From: a virus
Virus record (IMG/VR): IMGVR_UViG_3300011113_000238
Coordinates: 1 to 64,000 of that record
Reading direction: 5' to 3' (one strand)
Length of the DNA stretch: 64,000 bases
Below, piece by piece: positions 17,012 to 27,000 of the stretch. Below the pieces are notes generated by a model. That model ran no database searches, was not told where the DNA came from, and saw only the letters and a list, made by a program, of their open reading frames with translations. The stretch's first letter is position 1; each line of letters starts with the position of its first letter. The translations under genes and the position numbers were made by a program.

Positions 17012-18025
17012 ATGGCAACTATCCGCAGTTTTGACAAACCATTTGAAATGGTCGATCTGACCGAAGAACTTAATCTGATTCCTAATCAATTTGGTTTGAT
17101 CGGTGAAATGGGTCTGTTTAAGTCCGAGCCAGTTACCCAGCACACCGTGACCGTGGAAGCTACTTCCGGTACTCTGAGCGTTATCCCTGACTCGTATCGT
17201 GGTAACCGCACCACCGTGAACAAGGATGACACACGTAACATTCGTGCGTTCTCTATCCCTCACTTTAATGACGCTGACCAAGTTACTCCACAGGACTTGC
17301 AAGGTAAGCGCGGTTATGGTACTGACCAAGCTGACACCGAAGCTGCTGTTGTGGCTCGTAAGCTGGAACGCATCCGTCGTAATTACGCAGTGACTATGGA
17401 AGCTGCTCGTGCTTTCGCAATCACCAACGGAGCCGTCTACGCACCGTCCGGTACAGTTGTCGATTCCTATTACACCAGCTTCGGCATCACCCGTAAGGAC
17501 ACTGACTTCGTGTTGGGTACTTCCACTACTGACCTCGGTGCTAAGATCGAAGAAGTTATCGCTCACACTCAGGACAACATCCTGTCCGGTGAAGTGGTTA
17601 CCTCCGTGACCGTACTGTGCTCTCCTGAGTTCTTCACCAAGTTGATTAACCACGCATCCGTCAAGGACGCATACAAGTACTACACTTCTACACAAGAGCC
17701 TTTGCGCAATCGTTTGGGTACTGGTGTGTATCGTCGTTTCAATCATCAAGGTATGGACTTCGTTGAATATCGCGGTTCCGTTAACGGTCAGCGTTACATT
17801 CCTGCAGGTGAAGCATACTCTGTGCCTATGGGTACGCAAGACACTTTCGTGTCTTACTTCAGCCCAGCCAACAAAAGTAGCCTTGTGAATACTTTGGGTG
17901 AAGAAATGTACGTGTTCCAGTACAGGGACGCCAAAGATGAAGGTCTGAGTTTGGAATCCGAGATGAACCACCTCGCTTTGGTGCGTCGTCCTGCTGCCGT
18001 GACTCGCTTGATTTCGAGCAACTAA
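17012..18025 (+). CDS. Major capsid protein (lambda gpE family)
   Basis: 337 aa, FSIPHFN, strong codon bias, position in the head module, terminal VRRPAAV. Confidence 0.9.
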   Translation: MATIRSFDKPFEMVDLTEELNLIPNQFGLIGEMGLFKSEPVTQHTVTVEATSGTLSVIPDSYRGNRTTVNKDDTRNIRAFSIPHFNDADQVTPQDLQGKRGYGTDQADTEAAVVARKLERIRRNYAVTMEAARAFAITNGAVYAPSGTVVDSYYTSFGITRKDTDFVLGTSTTDLGAKIEEVIAHTQDNILSGEVVTSVTVLCSPEFFTKLINHASVKDAYKYYTSTQEPLRNRLGTGVYRRFNHQGMDFVEYRGSVNGQRYIPAGEAYSVPMGTQDTFVSYFSPANKSSLVNTLGEEMYVFQYRDAKDEGLSLESEMNHLALVRRPAAVTRLISSN

Positions 18026-18034
18026 GATGAATTA

Positions 18035-18060
18035 GCCTCCTTAAGTGGAGGCGTTCTATT
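18035..18060 (+). terminator. Putative intrinsic terminator after the capsid gene
   Basis: GCCTCC-TTAAGT-GGAGGC followed by a T-rich tract. Confidence 0.55.
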
Positions 18061-18103
18061 CTAACCTATTGTTAAATGCAGTAGGTTATGGTAGAATTAC
18101 GAT

Positions 18104-18167
18104 TGAGCTACCTCGACGGAGGGAAAAGAGGACTATTCACCCTCCTGCTCACTCTTATCAGTGAATA
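18104..18167 (+). promoter_or_regulatory. Three-way-junction RNA leader, copy B
   Basis: P1 TGAGC/GCTCA, TA, P2 CCTC/GAGG, GAAA, P3 GAGG/CCTC; loop TATTCAC complementary to GTGAATA (18161-67); TGGTAGAAT lies just upstream. Confidence 0.6.
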
Positions 18168-18183
18168 CTTATTAGGAATAATA

Positions 18184-19014
18184 ATGAATAATAAAGAAGA
18201 CTATTACGTTTATCTTCATCGATCAAAAGTAGATAACGCCATATTTTACGTGGGTAAAGGCAGAGGTCTCCGTCACTCTTCTAAGACCAGTAGAGGCCGA
18301 GATTGGCAGGTTGTAGCCGAAAAAGGATACACTGTGGAGTTTCATGCTCAACACTTGACCAGTTCATCTGCTTACTTAATAGAGCAGGAACTTATTGAAA
18401 CATTACCTAATTTGGTCAATAAAAACATCAGAACGAAAACCAAAGACATTGATTCAGATGTTCTGTCTTTCGTCTACTATGATGAAACTAGTCCAACATG
18501 CTTGAGATACGCAAAAGAGGTTGTAGGTACTAACGGTAGAGTCTACAAGTACATCGGTGATATTGCCGGTATAGAAAAAGAAACTTCTTCTGGATTAGGT
18601 AAGAGATACGTACTTCGTAGTCGAGGTATTGCTTTTTACGTGCATCGTTTAGTTTATGCATTACACCATGACATATCCTCAGATCATGTGATAGACCATA
18701 TTGACGGTAATGCTCTGAACAATAAAATCGAGAATTTGCGACAAGTTACTCATGAGATTAATGCTAGAAATTCGTCAGCATCTTCGTCCACCATTACAGG
18801 TGTGGTTGGTGTAAGCAGGGTTAAACGGACGCGACTGAATTACGCACAGTACGTAGCTCATTATCAGCCGAACAGTAAGTTGGTTACTAAAGAATTCAGT
18901 TGTTTTAACATGTCTGAAGAACAAGCATTCAGACTTGCATGCGAATGGCGCGAACAAAAGATCAAAGAATTAAATGAACAAGGTGCTGGTTATACCGAGC
19001 GTCACGGAACATAA
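18184..19014 (+). CDS. Homing endonuclease: GIY-YIG-like N-terminus plus HNH domain
   Basis: YYVYLH...FYVGKG..R and YVHRLV...IDHIDGNALNNKIENL; start moved to the ATG at 18184 (AGGA RBS). Confidence 0.85.
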   Translation: MNNKEDYYVYLHRSKVDNAIFYVGKGRGLRHSSKTSRGRDWQVVAEKGYTVEFHAQHLTSSSAYLIEQELIETLPNLVNKNIRTKTKDIDSDVLSFVYYDETSPTCLRYAKEVVGTNGRVYKYIGDIAGIEKETSSGLGKRYVLRSRGIAFYVHRLVYALHHDISSDHVIDHIDGNALNNKIENLRQVTHEINARNSSASSSTITGVVGVSRVKRTRLNYAQYVAHYQPNSKLVTKEFSCFNMSEEQAFRLACEWREQKIKELNEQGAGYTERHGT

Positions 19015-19022
19015 AGGATAAT

Positions 19023-19448
19023 ATGGCACTAACACTTATTCAGCAATGCAGACTAAACGTAGCAGATATGGACGCTGCATTCCCATTACTGGACGACGCA
19101 TCCTACGATCACTTTCTGCAAAAGCATAATGACAATGTAACCCGCGCTTCACTCGACGCAGCTAAAACAATCCTGCTGATTCTGTCGCAACGGGGCAGTG
19201 AAAGTGTCGATATATTCTCCGTTACAGGCGGTCATAAGACTGCCGAGGCTTACCGCCTAGCATTGCAGCTATTCCTGCGTTCACCGGAGCTAAACCCTCT
19301 AATGACCTCAGCTACAGCCTACGCAAGCGGTATCAGCTTATCCGATATGCAAAGTAACATTGACACATTGGATAACAACGCAGTTAAAACACCCAATGCT
19401 CCGAGTAGTTATAGCAATAGCTCTCTGACTAACCCTTTCGTAATCTAA
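19023..19448 (+). CDS. Head-tail adaptor
   Basis: Size and position after the capsid gene. Confidence 0.6.
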   Translation: MALTLIQQCRLNVADMDAAFPLLDDASYDHFLQKHNDNVTRASLDAAKTILLILSQRGSESVDIFSVTGGHKTAEAYRLALQLFLRSPELNPLMTSATAYASGISLSDMQSNIDTLDNNAVKTPNAPSSYSNSSLTNPFVI

Positions 19449-19449
19449 T

Positions 19450-19806
19450 ATGAGTAATGCATTCATGCAAGCTACTGCACGAGCTATTGACCGTCATGGT
19501 TCTTTGGCGACGTACAGAGTGATTACAGAAGGTGCCTACAATATTGAAACCGATAGCGTAGTTAATGCAGAAACTGATTACAGCGTAAAGATGTACATGA
19601 AGCACATTAAAGCTAGTCAGTTCAACTATCCAAATATGATTGGTAGAGACTCAGGGTTATTCTACATACTAGCCTTTAATCTTGGCTTTGCACCTAGTCC
19701 TGCTGACCTAATAATCTTCGGTGGTAAGACATACAAGGTCGACAGCGTACAAAGCCACTCGGCAGGCGCTCAGATCGTTCTATACAGGGTTTTAGCTGCA
19801 GTTTGA
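19450..19806 (+). CDS. Head closure protein
   Basis: Position; P.PADLI...KTYKV motif typical of head-tail joining proteins. Confidence 0.65.
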   Translation: MSNAFMQATARAIDRHGSLATYRVITEGAYNIETDSVVNAETDYSVKMYMKHIKASQFNYPNMIGRDSGLFYILAFNLGFAPSPADLIIFGGKTYKVDSVQSHSAGAQIVLYRVLAAV

Positions 19807-19863
19807 TACGTGCGTAGTCTCTTAATAAATAACAGCCTGTAGAGGCTTATAGGAGTTCCTAGC

Positions 19864-20409
19864 ATGTCAGTCAAAGTCAGTAACGCAAATGAAGTAGCTA
19901 GTGAAATACTTGACTATAAAACTGAGGTTGAACGCAAACTCAGAGGTATGGTAAGTATGTTTGCTTATGCCGCTACCAGAGCAATCCAAGAGAAAACACC
20001 AATCGGTGATCAAGCTAGTATTGATGCTGGTGAGTTAGCAGCTAACGGTCCACAGAAGGCGTACTACGAATTGTACTCCAAGCGAAACGATCGCTTTGGC
20101 ATCGGTGGTGGAGATGATATTGAAGTTGGATTCCATAGAGGTGCGTTCGGATATAGCGAAAGTGGTAACTTTCAGTTTGTACCTATCGTAGTGGACGAAC
20201 TAACTGCTGCGGAAGACCTGCAAATGGACGTAGAAGCGTACTATGCAATCGGTGATAAGTTCTTCATCGGTGCAGAAGGTCCGGGTTATTCAGCACTGGA
20301 AGCTGGTAGTTCTACGCAAGCACCTGATGGTATTAGCGGCCCTGCTATGCAAGTCATATCGGACATATATCGCATGGACATGAAAACATACTACGACGCA
20401 AGTAGATAA
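19864..20409 (+). CDS. HK97 gp10-like tail completion protein
   Basis: TPIGD and Y..LEAGSSTQAPDG motifs. Confidence 0.65.
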   Translation: MSVKVSNANEVASEILDYKTEVERKLRGMVSMFAYAATRAIQEKTPIGDQASIDAGELAANGPQKAYYELYSKRNDRFGIGGGDDIEVGFHRGAFGYSESGNFQFVPIVVDELTAAEDLQMDVEAYYAIGDKFFIGAEGPGYSALEAGSSTQAPDGISGPAMQVISDIYRMDMKTYYDASR

Positions 20410-20420
20410 TAAAGGAAAGT

Positions 20421-20825
20421 ATGTCAATCGTTCTAATTAAGAAAGCACTGCAGAAACATCTGGATACTATGCCTTCGTTGGCTACTGCCTATTCGTCGGC
20501 TAGCTTTACTCCCGTTCAAGGTATTCCCTATCAGAGAGTGCAGCTTATCCCAAGACAACCTGAGAATCCCACGTTCGGTGATTCTTATTACAGAGAAGTT
20601 GGATCATTCCAAATCTTCCTAGCTTATCCTAGTAATAAAGGTGAATCGCAAGTGCTCGAAAGAGCAGAGTTAGTTCAAAAGCATTTCGCTAGAGGAACTA
20701 CATTAACAGAAGGTGCAATCGAGGTTAATATCCTCAGAACACCTCAGATTGCAGGCAGTACTATCGCAGGTGATAGAGTCATAGTGCCGGTGATTATTCA
20801 GTATTCTGCTGGAGTTATGGTATAA
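20421..20825 (+). CDS. Tail terminator-like protein
   Basis: G.FQIFLAYP..KG...AELV..HF.RG motif; position. Confidence 0.7.
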   Translation: MSIVLIKKALQKHLDTMPSLATAYSSASFTPVQGIPYQRVQLIPRQPENPTFGDSYYREVGSFQIFLAYPSNKGESQVLERAELVQKHFARGTTLTEGAIEVNILRTPQIAGSTIAGDRVIVPVIIQYSAGVMV

Positions 20826-20833
20826 TTACAGAA

Positions 20834-20910
20834 TAGGATAGGGGGCACCCGACAAGACACTTCCTAGAGTGTCTTCCTAGTTCTTTCATCTAGGCATTAT
20901 TTACTAGGAA
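20834..20910 (+). promoter_or_regulatory. Three-way-junction RNA leader, copy C
   Basis: P1 TAGGA/TCCTA, TA, P2 GGG/CCC, GACA, P3 AGACAC/GTGTCT; loop TTCCTAG complementary to RBS CTAGGAA; TGGTATAAT at 20818-26. Confidence 0.65.
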
Positions 20911-20914
20911 TAAT

Positions 20915-21721
20915 ATGAACACAATGATTAAATTTAACACCAGATTTGAAGCTGGTAAGTACTTGAGAAATCATTCTCTTAAGCACCACATTTACATGTT
21001 AATGGACGGTGACACACCAATATACGTAGGTGTATCTAATAACTGGAAGCGTGTATACGAGCATTTCAATATTCACGCAAAGCGTGTAAATGTTTTACTT
21101 CGTCGTAAAATGCGTAAGATGTTGCGAGAGGGTAGAGAAGTTACCATCTGTATAGTTGGGCACTTCCACTCCAGAATAGAATTAGAGCACGGTGAGCGAA
21201 GCCTCATTATGTTATACGGAAAGAAAATTGATAGACTTGGTGTACTCTGTAATTTATCAGACGGTGGTGAAGGTACGCGATTACCTAGAACACAGAAACA
21301 AAAAGACGCTGTAAGTGCTGCTAACAAAGGTAGGGTCAAATCTGCCGAAACTCGAAAACGTATATCAGAAGCTCAGAAGTTAAGTTATGAACAAGGGAGA
21401 AAACCTTCGTTCTTGGGTAAGAAGCACACTGAAGAATCTAAGCGTTTGTTGTCTGAATCCCAAAAAGGCGAAAAGAGTAAATATTTCAACGTCACTGGTG
21501 AGGCTCATTTCAACTACGGTAAGCGCAGAACCGACGAGCAGAAAAGAAATATAGCGGCTGGGCAAGACCCAGAGAAACTGCAGTGGGATGCAGAACGTAA
21601 AGAGCAATTGAGAGAGTACTGGGATTCGCAGCCAGTTTTAACTTGTCCTCACTGCGGTAAACAGTCTTCTTTCAAAGCGGCAATGGTTCGACACCACTTT
21701 GATAGTTGTAAATCAAAATAA
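20915..21721 (+). CDS. GIY-YIG homing endonuclease with NUMOD3 repeats
   Basis: HIYML...IYVGVS...R, NLSDGGEG, KSAETRKRISEA, GKKHTEESK, C-terminal CPHC. Confidence 0.85.
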   Translation: MNTMIKFNTRFEAGKYLRNHSLKHHIYMLMDGDTPIYVGVSNNWKRVYEHFNIHAKRVNVLLRRKMRKMLREGREVTICIVGHFHSRIELEHGERSLIMLYGKKIDRLGVLCNLSDGGEGTRLPRTQKQKDAVSAANKGRVKSAETRKRISEAQKLSYEQGRKPSFLGKKHTEESKRLLSESQKGEKSKYFNVTGEAHFNYGKRRTDEQKRNIAAGQDPEKLQWDAERKEQLREYWDSQPVLTCPHCGKQSSFKAAMVRHHFDSCKSK

Positions 21722-21749
21722 TTTTACAAATTGAATAGGAATAAATAAA

Positions 21750-22964
21750 ATGGCAATTTCAAAAAATATCAGCAAGGTAGTAGCTATCAAAAAAGAAGGT
21801 GCCTACGGTGTCCTTGCTGGTGCTACAGGCGCTCGATTGCTTCGTCGCGTAACTTCTAATTTTAACTTGGTCAAGTCCACGTATTCCAGCGATGAAGTGC
21901 GCCAAGACTATCAAATGGCTGATTTCCGGCACGGTGTACGTAGCGCCGAAGGTTCGTTGAATGGTGAGTTTTCTCCCGGTTCTTACTCCGATCTGTTTGC
22001 TGCAGCTCTCGCTAAAGCATTCGTAGCTGGTGTAGCTATCACTGGTGCTGCAATTACTATTGCTGCCTCTGGTCTGCAGTATACACTGACTCGTGGTGCA
22101 GGTTCTTACCTGACTGACGGTTTCAAGGTTGGTGATGTTACTCGCATTACTGTCGCTACCGGTCTGAACGCTGACTGCTTGAATAAGAACTTGCTGATTA
22201 CTGCACTGACTGCTACTGTAGCTACTGTGTCTGTTCTGAACGGTTCTACCATGACTCCTGCTGCCGGTACTGCTGTATCGTTTAGTGTTGCTGGTAAGAA
22301 AACATTCGTTCCTCAAACTGGTCATACATCTGATTCCTTCACTGTTGAAGAGTTCTATGCTGACATTGCTCAGTCCGAAGTGTTCACAGGTTGCAAGGTT
22401 AACAGCATTGGTGTGAGTATCCCTGCTACTGGTATGGCGACCCTAGACTTCGGTTTTATGGGCAAAGACCTCACCCAGACAGGTACTAGTCAGTACTTCA
22501 CATCTCCTACCGCTCAAGGTACTTCTGGTGTGTTTGCTGGTGTGAATGGTGTGGTTGTGTTTAACGGTTTGCCCGTTGCAGTGATCACTGACGCTTCCAT
22601 CAATATCGACCGTGGTATCGCAAATACTACCGTGTTGGGTTCTAACAGCATCGCTGAGAGTATCGACGGTAAAGCAATGGTTGATGGTTCTGTGAGTTTG
22701 TACTTCACTGATGCGTCCGTCAAGAATGCATTCAAGGATGAGACCGAAGTGTCTCTCGTGTTTGCAATGAGCACCACTAATGCTGCAAACGCTGAGTTCG
22801 TGAGCATCAGCATTCCTCGTGCTAAGTTGAACAGTGCTGATAAGTCCGAATCTGATGCAGGTATCACCATGTCCTGCGATTTCCAAGCTCTGCTGGCAAT
22901 TAATGGCGGTACTGGTACTGCTTCTGAGTTCACTACCATCGTGATTCAAGACTCCTTGGCTTAA
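21750..22964 (+). CDS. Major tail tube protein
   Basis: 404 aa; SFTVEEFYADI...FTGCKV motif; precedes chaperones and tape measure. Confidence 0.85.
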   Translation: MAISKNISKVVAIKKEGAYGVLAGATGARLLRRVTSNFNLVKSTYSSDEVRQDYQMADFRHGVRSAEGSLNGEFSPGSYSDLFAAALAKAFVAGVAITGAAITIAASGLQYTLTRGAGSYLTDGFKVGDVTRITVATGLNADCLNKNLLITALTATVATVSVLNGSTMTPAAGTAVSFSVAGKKTFVPQTGHTSDSFTVEEFYADIAQSEVFTGCKVNSIGVSIPATGMATLDFGFMGKDLTQTGTSQYFTSPTAQGTSGVFAGVNGVVVFNGLPVAVITDASINIDRGIANTTVLGSNSIAESIDGKAMVDGSVSLYFTDASVKNAFKDETEVSLVFAMSTTNAANAEFVSISIPRAKLNSADKSESDAGITMSCDFQALLAINGGTGTASEFTTIVIQDSLA

Positions 22965-22978
22965 TCTAACTTAAGTTG

Positions 22979-23012
22979 ACCCCCGTAGCCGAAAGGTTGC
23001 GGGGTTTTCTTG
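22979..23012 (+). terminator. Intrinsic terminator
   Basis: CCCCGTAGCC-GAAA-GGTTGCGGGG followed by TTTT. Confidence 0.85.
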
Positions 23013-23057
23013 TTTGCGCTATCTTATCTTGACAAAGCGGAAATCCTTCGGCTTTCC

Positions 23058-23086
23058 TTGACAACAAAGATTATACATGATAAAAT
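23058..23086 (+). promoter_or_regulatory. Sigma70-type promoter
   Basis: TTGACA-17-TAAAAT with extended TG. Confidence 0.7.
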
Positions 23087-23145
23087 GAGTATCTACTTTG
23101 ATGAATTCAAGGAGCTAGCATTACTAACAACCCGAAAGGAACCTC

Positions 23146-23556
23146 ATGTCATTTGATATTGTAAAACAAGATTTCTCCAAGTCCGCTGAAGCTGGACATA
23201 CCTTTGAACTGGTGCTGCCCACTGGTGAACCCTCCGGTGCAAAGCTGACTATCCTCGGTGATCTGTCCCCTACTGTTAAAGCATACAGCCGCCGCAAGTT
23301 CACCGAGTTTCAACAGAAGCAACTCATGGCTCGTCGCAAAGGTAAAGACGTGGATGATATGTCCCTGCAAGAAGCTGAAGAACTGGCAGTTGAATCCGCA
23401 TTGATTCGTTTGGTCGGTTGGGAAGGTATTACCGAAGAAGGTAAACCCGTTGCATTTACCAAGGAGAAAGCTGAAGCTGTACTGACTGCTCACGCATGGA
23501 TTCGTGAAGCTATCGTGCAGGAGGCGAGTGACGTAACTAACTTTCGACCCAAATGA
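23146..23556 (+). CDS. Tail assembly chaperone (gpG equivalent)
   Basis: Between tail tube and tape measure; VGWEGI motif and NF near the C-terminus. Confidence 0.85.
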   Translation: MSFDIVKQDFSKSAEAGHTFELVLPTGEPSGAKLTILGDLSPTVKAYSRRKFTEFQQKQLMARRKGKDVDDMSLQEAEELAVESALIRLVGWEGITEEGKPVAFTKEKAEAVLTAHAWIREAIVQEASDVTNFRPK

Positions 23557-23917
23557 TTTAGAGGAAGCTCTTGCTTATTTAAAGCAGGAGTTTAGATTAG
23601 GATCAGGTGCAAGTTCAAATAAAGCTAAACTAGAAAGTGTCTGGAGACAAACTGGTCACAGACCAAAAGAACTAGATGAACTAGTTGAAATGCCGGAATC
23701 GCTCAGTCATATCTGGGCTGATTTCAGAGCACTGAACTCAAGTCGAACTAGCACTGGTTATTCAGCGGAACCTTTGAGCTACACTGAGATACTAAGCTAC
23801 TGCATCACAAACCAAGTTGAATTACAACCGTGGGAAATTGAAATCATTAAGTACTTCGACGCTACATTAATGAATCTTCATGCAGAAGAAGCTGCTAAAG
23901 CTAACAAGAAGAAATAA
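23537..23917 (+). CDS. Tail chaperone second frame (gpT equivalent), probably reached by frameshift
   Basis: Frame is open from 23537, overlapping the end of the upstream gene, with no ATG until 23690; PLSYTEI...LQPWEIEII motif. Confidence 0.7.
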   Translation, partial: LTFDPNDLEEALAYLKQEFRLGSGASSNKAKLESVWRQTGHRPKELDELVEMPESLSHIWADFRALNSSRTSTGYSAEPLSYTEILSYCITNQVELQPWEIEIIKYFDATLMNLHAEEAAKANKKK

Positions 23918-23931
23918 CAACGATAAAAATT

Positions 23932-23956
23932 GGCCCTCGAAAGAGGGCTTCTTTTT
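23932..23956 (+). terminator. Intrinsic terminator
   Basis: GCCCTC-GAAA-GAGGGC followed by TTCTTTTT. Confidence 0.75.
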
Positions 23957-24021
23957 AAGTGCGCATTGAATTAACTACGCGTATTTAAAAAGAATGGCTA
24001 GACACAACCAAAGAGGTTAAT

Positions 24022-27000
24022 ATGGAATTATCAGAACTAAAGTTTGCGGTTAATACCGCAGAACTAAAAGAAGCAGTTGACCTTCTAGGTAAGGTTCAAC
24101 AACGTACATCTGAATTGGGTAAGGCACAAGTTACTCAAGAGAAAGCTGCCAAGAAAGCTGCTAAGAGTCAGACCGAAGTGGGTGATGCAGCGGAAGATAC
24201 CGAAAAGAAAATCTCCCCATTGGAGAAATTGCTTCAGAAACTTAATAACCAATATGGTGATCTGGTTAAAGGATTTACCAAAGGTGAAGCTGCAATCCTA
24301 CAACAAGCTCGTAGTTATGGTGCAGCTGAGGATGCATTGCAACCCTTCATCGCTGAACTGGAAAAGATTAAGGAACTCACTAAAGACCCTTTCGATGCAT
24401 CTGTAGGTGCAATCAGAAGCGTGAGTGCTGAATTCGACAGGCTCAATCAACGTGCAGAATTAGCTCAAAGAGGAATCTCACTGAGTACTAAGCAGTTGTC
24501 CGAGTATAGTAGAATCAGTGCAGAAGTAAAAGGTAAAGTGCTTGAATTGGGCATGGACCCAAAGAGCGCAGCAGGCGTCGAGAAGTTTAATCAGTTACTC
24601 GCTGAGAACCGCAATGAATATCTGAAGGTTGCTGCTGCAGCTAATGCATTGGAGCAAGCCGAATCACTGCGCAATAAGACCCTGAGAGACAATGAGCGTT
24701 TGCTTGCCGCTAACCTACAGGCTCAAGCTACAATGATGAACGACGCTGTGAAGTTATACCAAAATTCAGAAGCAGATAAAGCGAAAGCTCTTGCTAACAG
24801 AATGCGCATGGAAGCTACCGCTGGTGACAATGCTGTGCAGTTGTTCTATAAGAACGAACAGCAAAAGCAGAAAGCTCTTGAAGCACGGATGAAAGCTGAA
24901 GCTACCATGATGGATAGTGCAGTAGTTAAATACTACACTATGCAAAGCAAGACTAATGGTAAAGCTGACGTGCAATCAGTCCGTGAACGCGAACAGGCCA
25001 TTAAACGGTTGGCGGTTGAAGAGTCCAGAATGACTTCTGTATTGAATACTCTTAATCAAGTGCAAGATAAGAATGTAGAAGTATCTGAGAAAGCTGCTAG
25101 AAGTGTCGCTAACTACGAGCGCAACTTAGCTAAAGCTGGTATTACTGGTGAAGCGGCTGCTGCTAAACTCGATACGTACCGCAAGCAACAAAGTGCTATT
25201 CAAAAGATTGAAGAAGACCGTCAAGGTAAATTCCTGACTCGTGCTTTGCAACCTCAGATTGGTGACGTTGCTGTTTCGCTTGCTGCTGGTCAGAACCCCC
25301 TCACTGTGCTGTTGCAACAGGGTGATCAGATCAGAGGTTTGATTGCTCAAACTGGTGTGCAAGGTGAAGCTCTCCGTGCTGTAATGCGCAATGCATTTAC
25401 TGATACAATCAAGAGTGTTAAAGATACTGCCGTGGCAATGAGTTCTGTGCTAGGTGGTGCGCTTATGACTTTGGGTAATAACGTACTCGGTTTAGTTACT
25501 GGTCCATTCACGGCTTTCAAAGCCAGTATGGACGCAGGTGCTACAGCAAGTGGTTCTTTTAAAGATGCTATCGCAGCATTGAACGTGGCTTTTATTAAGT
25601 TAGTGGGTAACCCAGTAGTTGCTGCACTTGTAGCAATTGCCGTTGGATTGACAACACTTGGTATTGCTGCGTTTCAAGTGTCCAAACAGGAAGATGCACT
25701 ATCTAAGTCACTTGCACTGACAGGTGGTTCAATGGGCCTGAATAAGGAATCCGCTATTGCTTACGCAAATTCTCTTAATGATATTGGGATCAGTACAAGT
25801 AAAGCCATTGATGTAATACAAGCTATGGCTAAAGAGGGCGGTTTTCTTTCCAAGGAAATTTCTCTGGTTGCAACCACTGCTGTTAAGATGCAGAAGGATG
25901 CTGGTGTAGCCATTGAAGAGACTGTTAAGCATTTCGCTAAGTTGAAAGATAAACCTGTTGATGCATTGATTGAACTAGCCAAAGCGTCCGGTCTAATTTC
26001 GACTACTTCTATTGAAGCTGTTATTGCTCTTGAGAAGCAAGGTGATAAAGCTGCGGCAGTTGCTCTAGCAATGAAAATTAGTGCGGATACGCAGATTGCT
26101 CAATCAAATAGAATCAAAACCGAACTTAGTTCGCTAGGTGAAGTGATGAATTGGTTCAGTAAGTCGTGGACTGGTATGTGGGACGCCATCAAGGGGACTC
26201 AGTACAGTACACCAATTAAAGAGCAGTTACAAGGTGATTTGATTAAGACGCAACAGGAGATAACCCGAGTTCAGGATAATTTGAAGTTACTCGAAAAGTT
26301 CGGAATAAAGGGTGATCCTAAATTATTGAATCAGCTAAATGCAACTGCTGACGCATTTAGTAAACAACTTCAGGATATAGACGCTAAATCTGCAGCGGAG
26401 AAGAAACTCACTGAAGAGCAGTCTAAAGGAGCAGAGGTTCTCAAAGACAAGATGCGCTTTGAGAAGGAGTACAAAGAAAAGCAAGAGGCTTTGGATAAGG
26501 CTACGTACACTCGTCAACAAGCGATTAACGCAGCAATTGAACAAGAAGCTAAACTGCGTAAAGCAGCAGGTGGTGCGCTGAGTGCATCTGAGGTTGCTAC
26601 TATTTCTACAACAGCAGGTCGGGAGTGGGATAAATCCAAGGCTTCTGAGAATAAGAAGGCTGAAAATAAAGCGCAGCGCGAATTGAACGAGTCTATTGAA
26701 AGATACAATGATATTCTGAATAAGAGTTCAGGTTACAATAAAGAGTTCAATGATGCAATTTTGAGCTTGATGATTGCTCGTGATGCTGGTAAAAAAAGTC
26801 AAGAGCAGTATAACGAAGCTGTTAATCACTTGGTGAAACAACAACCTTTCTATATTCAGCAAGAAAAAGAAGCAGCCGAAGTCGCTAAGAAACGAGCAGA
26901 TAATCAGGAATGGTTGAACTCAGTAATGGGTCGTAGCGAAGGTCTAACTAAGGATTACACTCAAGGCACTGAGCGACTGATGCAGATGCTTGGTTCTGGT

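Noticed and set aside
16205-17971. Long antisense ORFs opposite the head genes (and similar ones opposite tail and TMP genes)
   Set aside because: They are shadows of strongly biased sense-strand codons, with no motifs or RBS.
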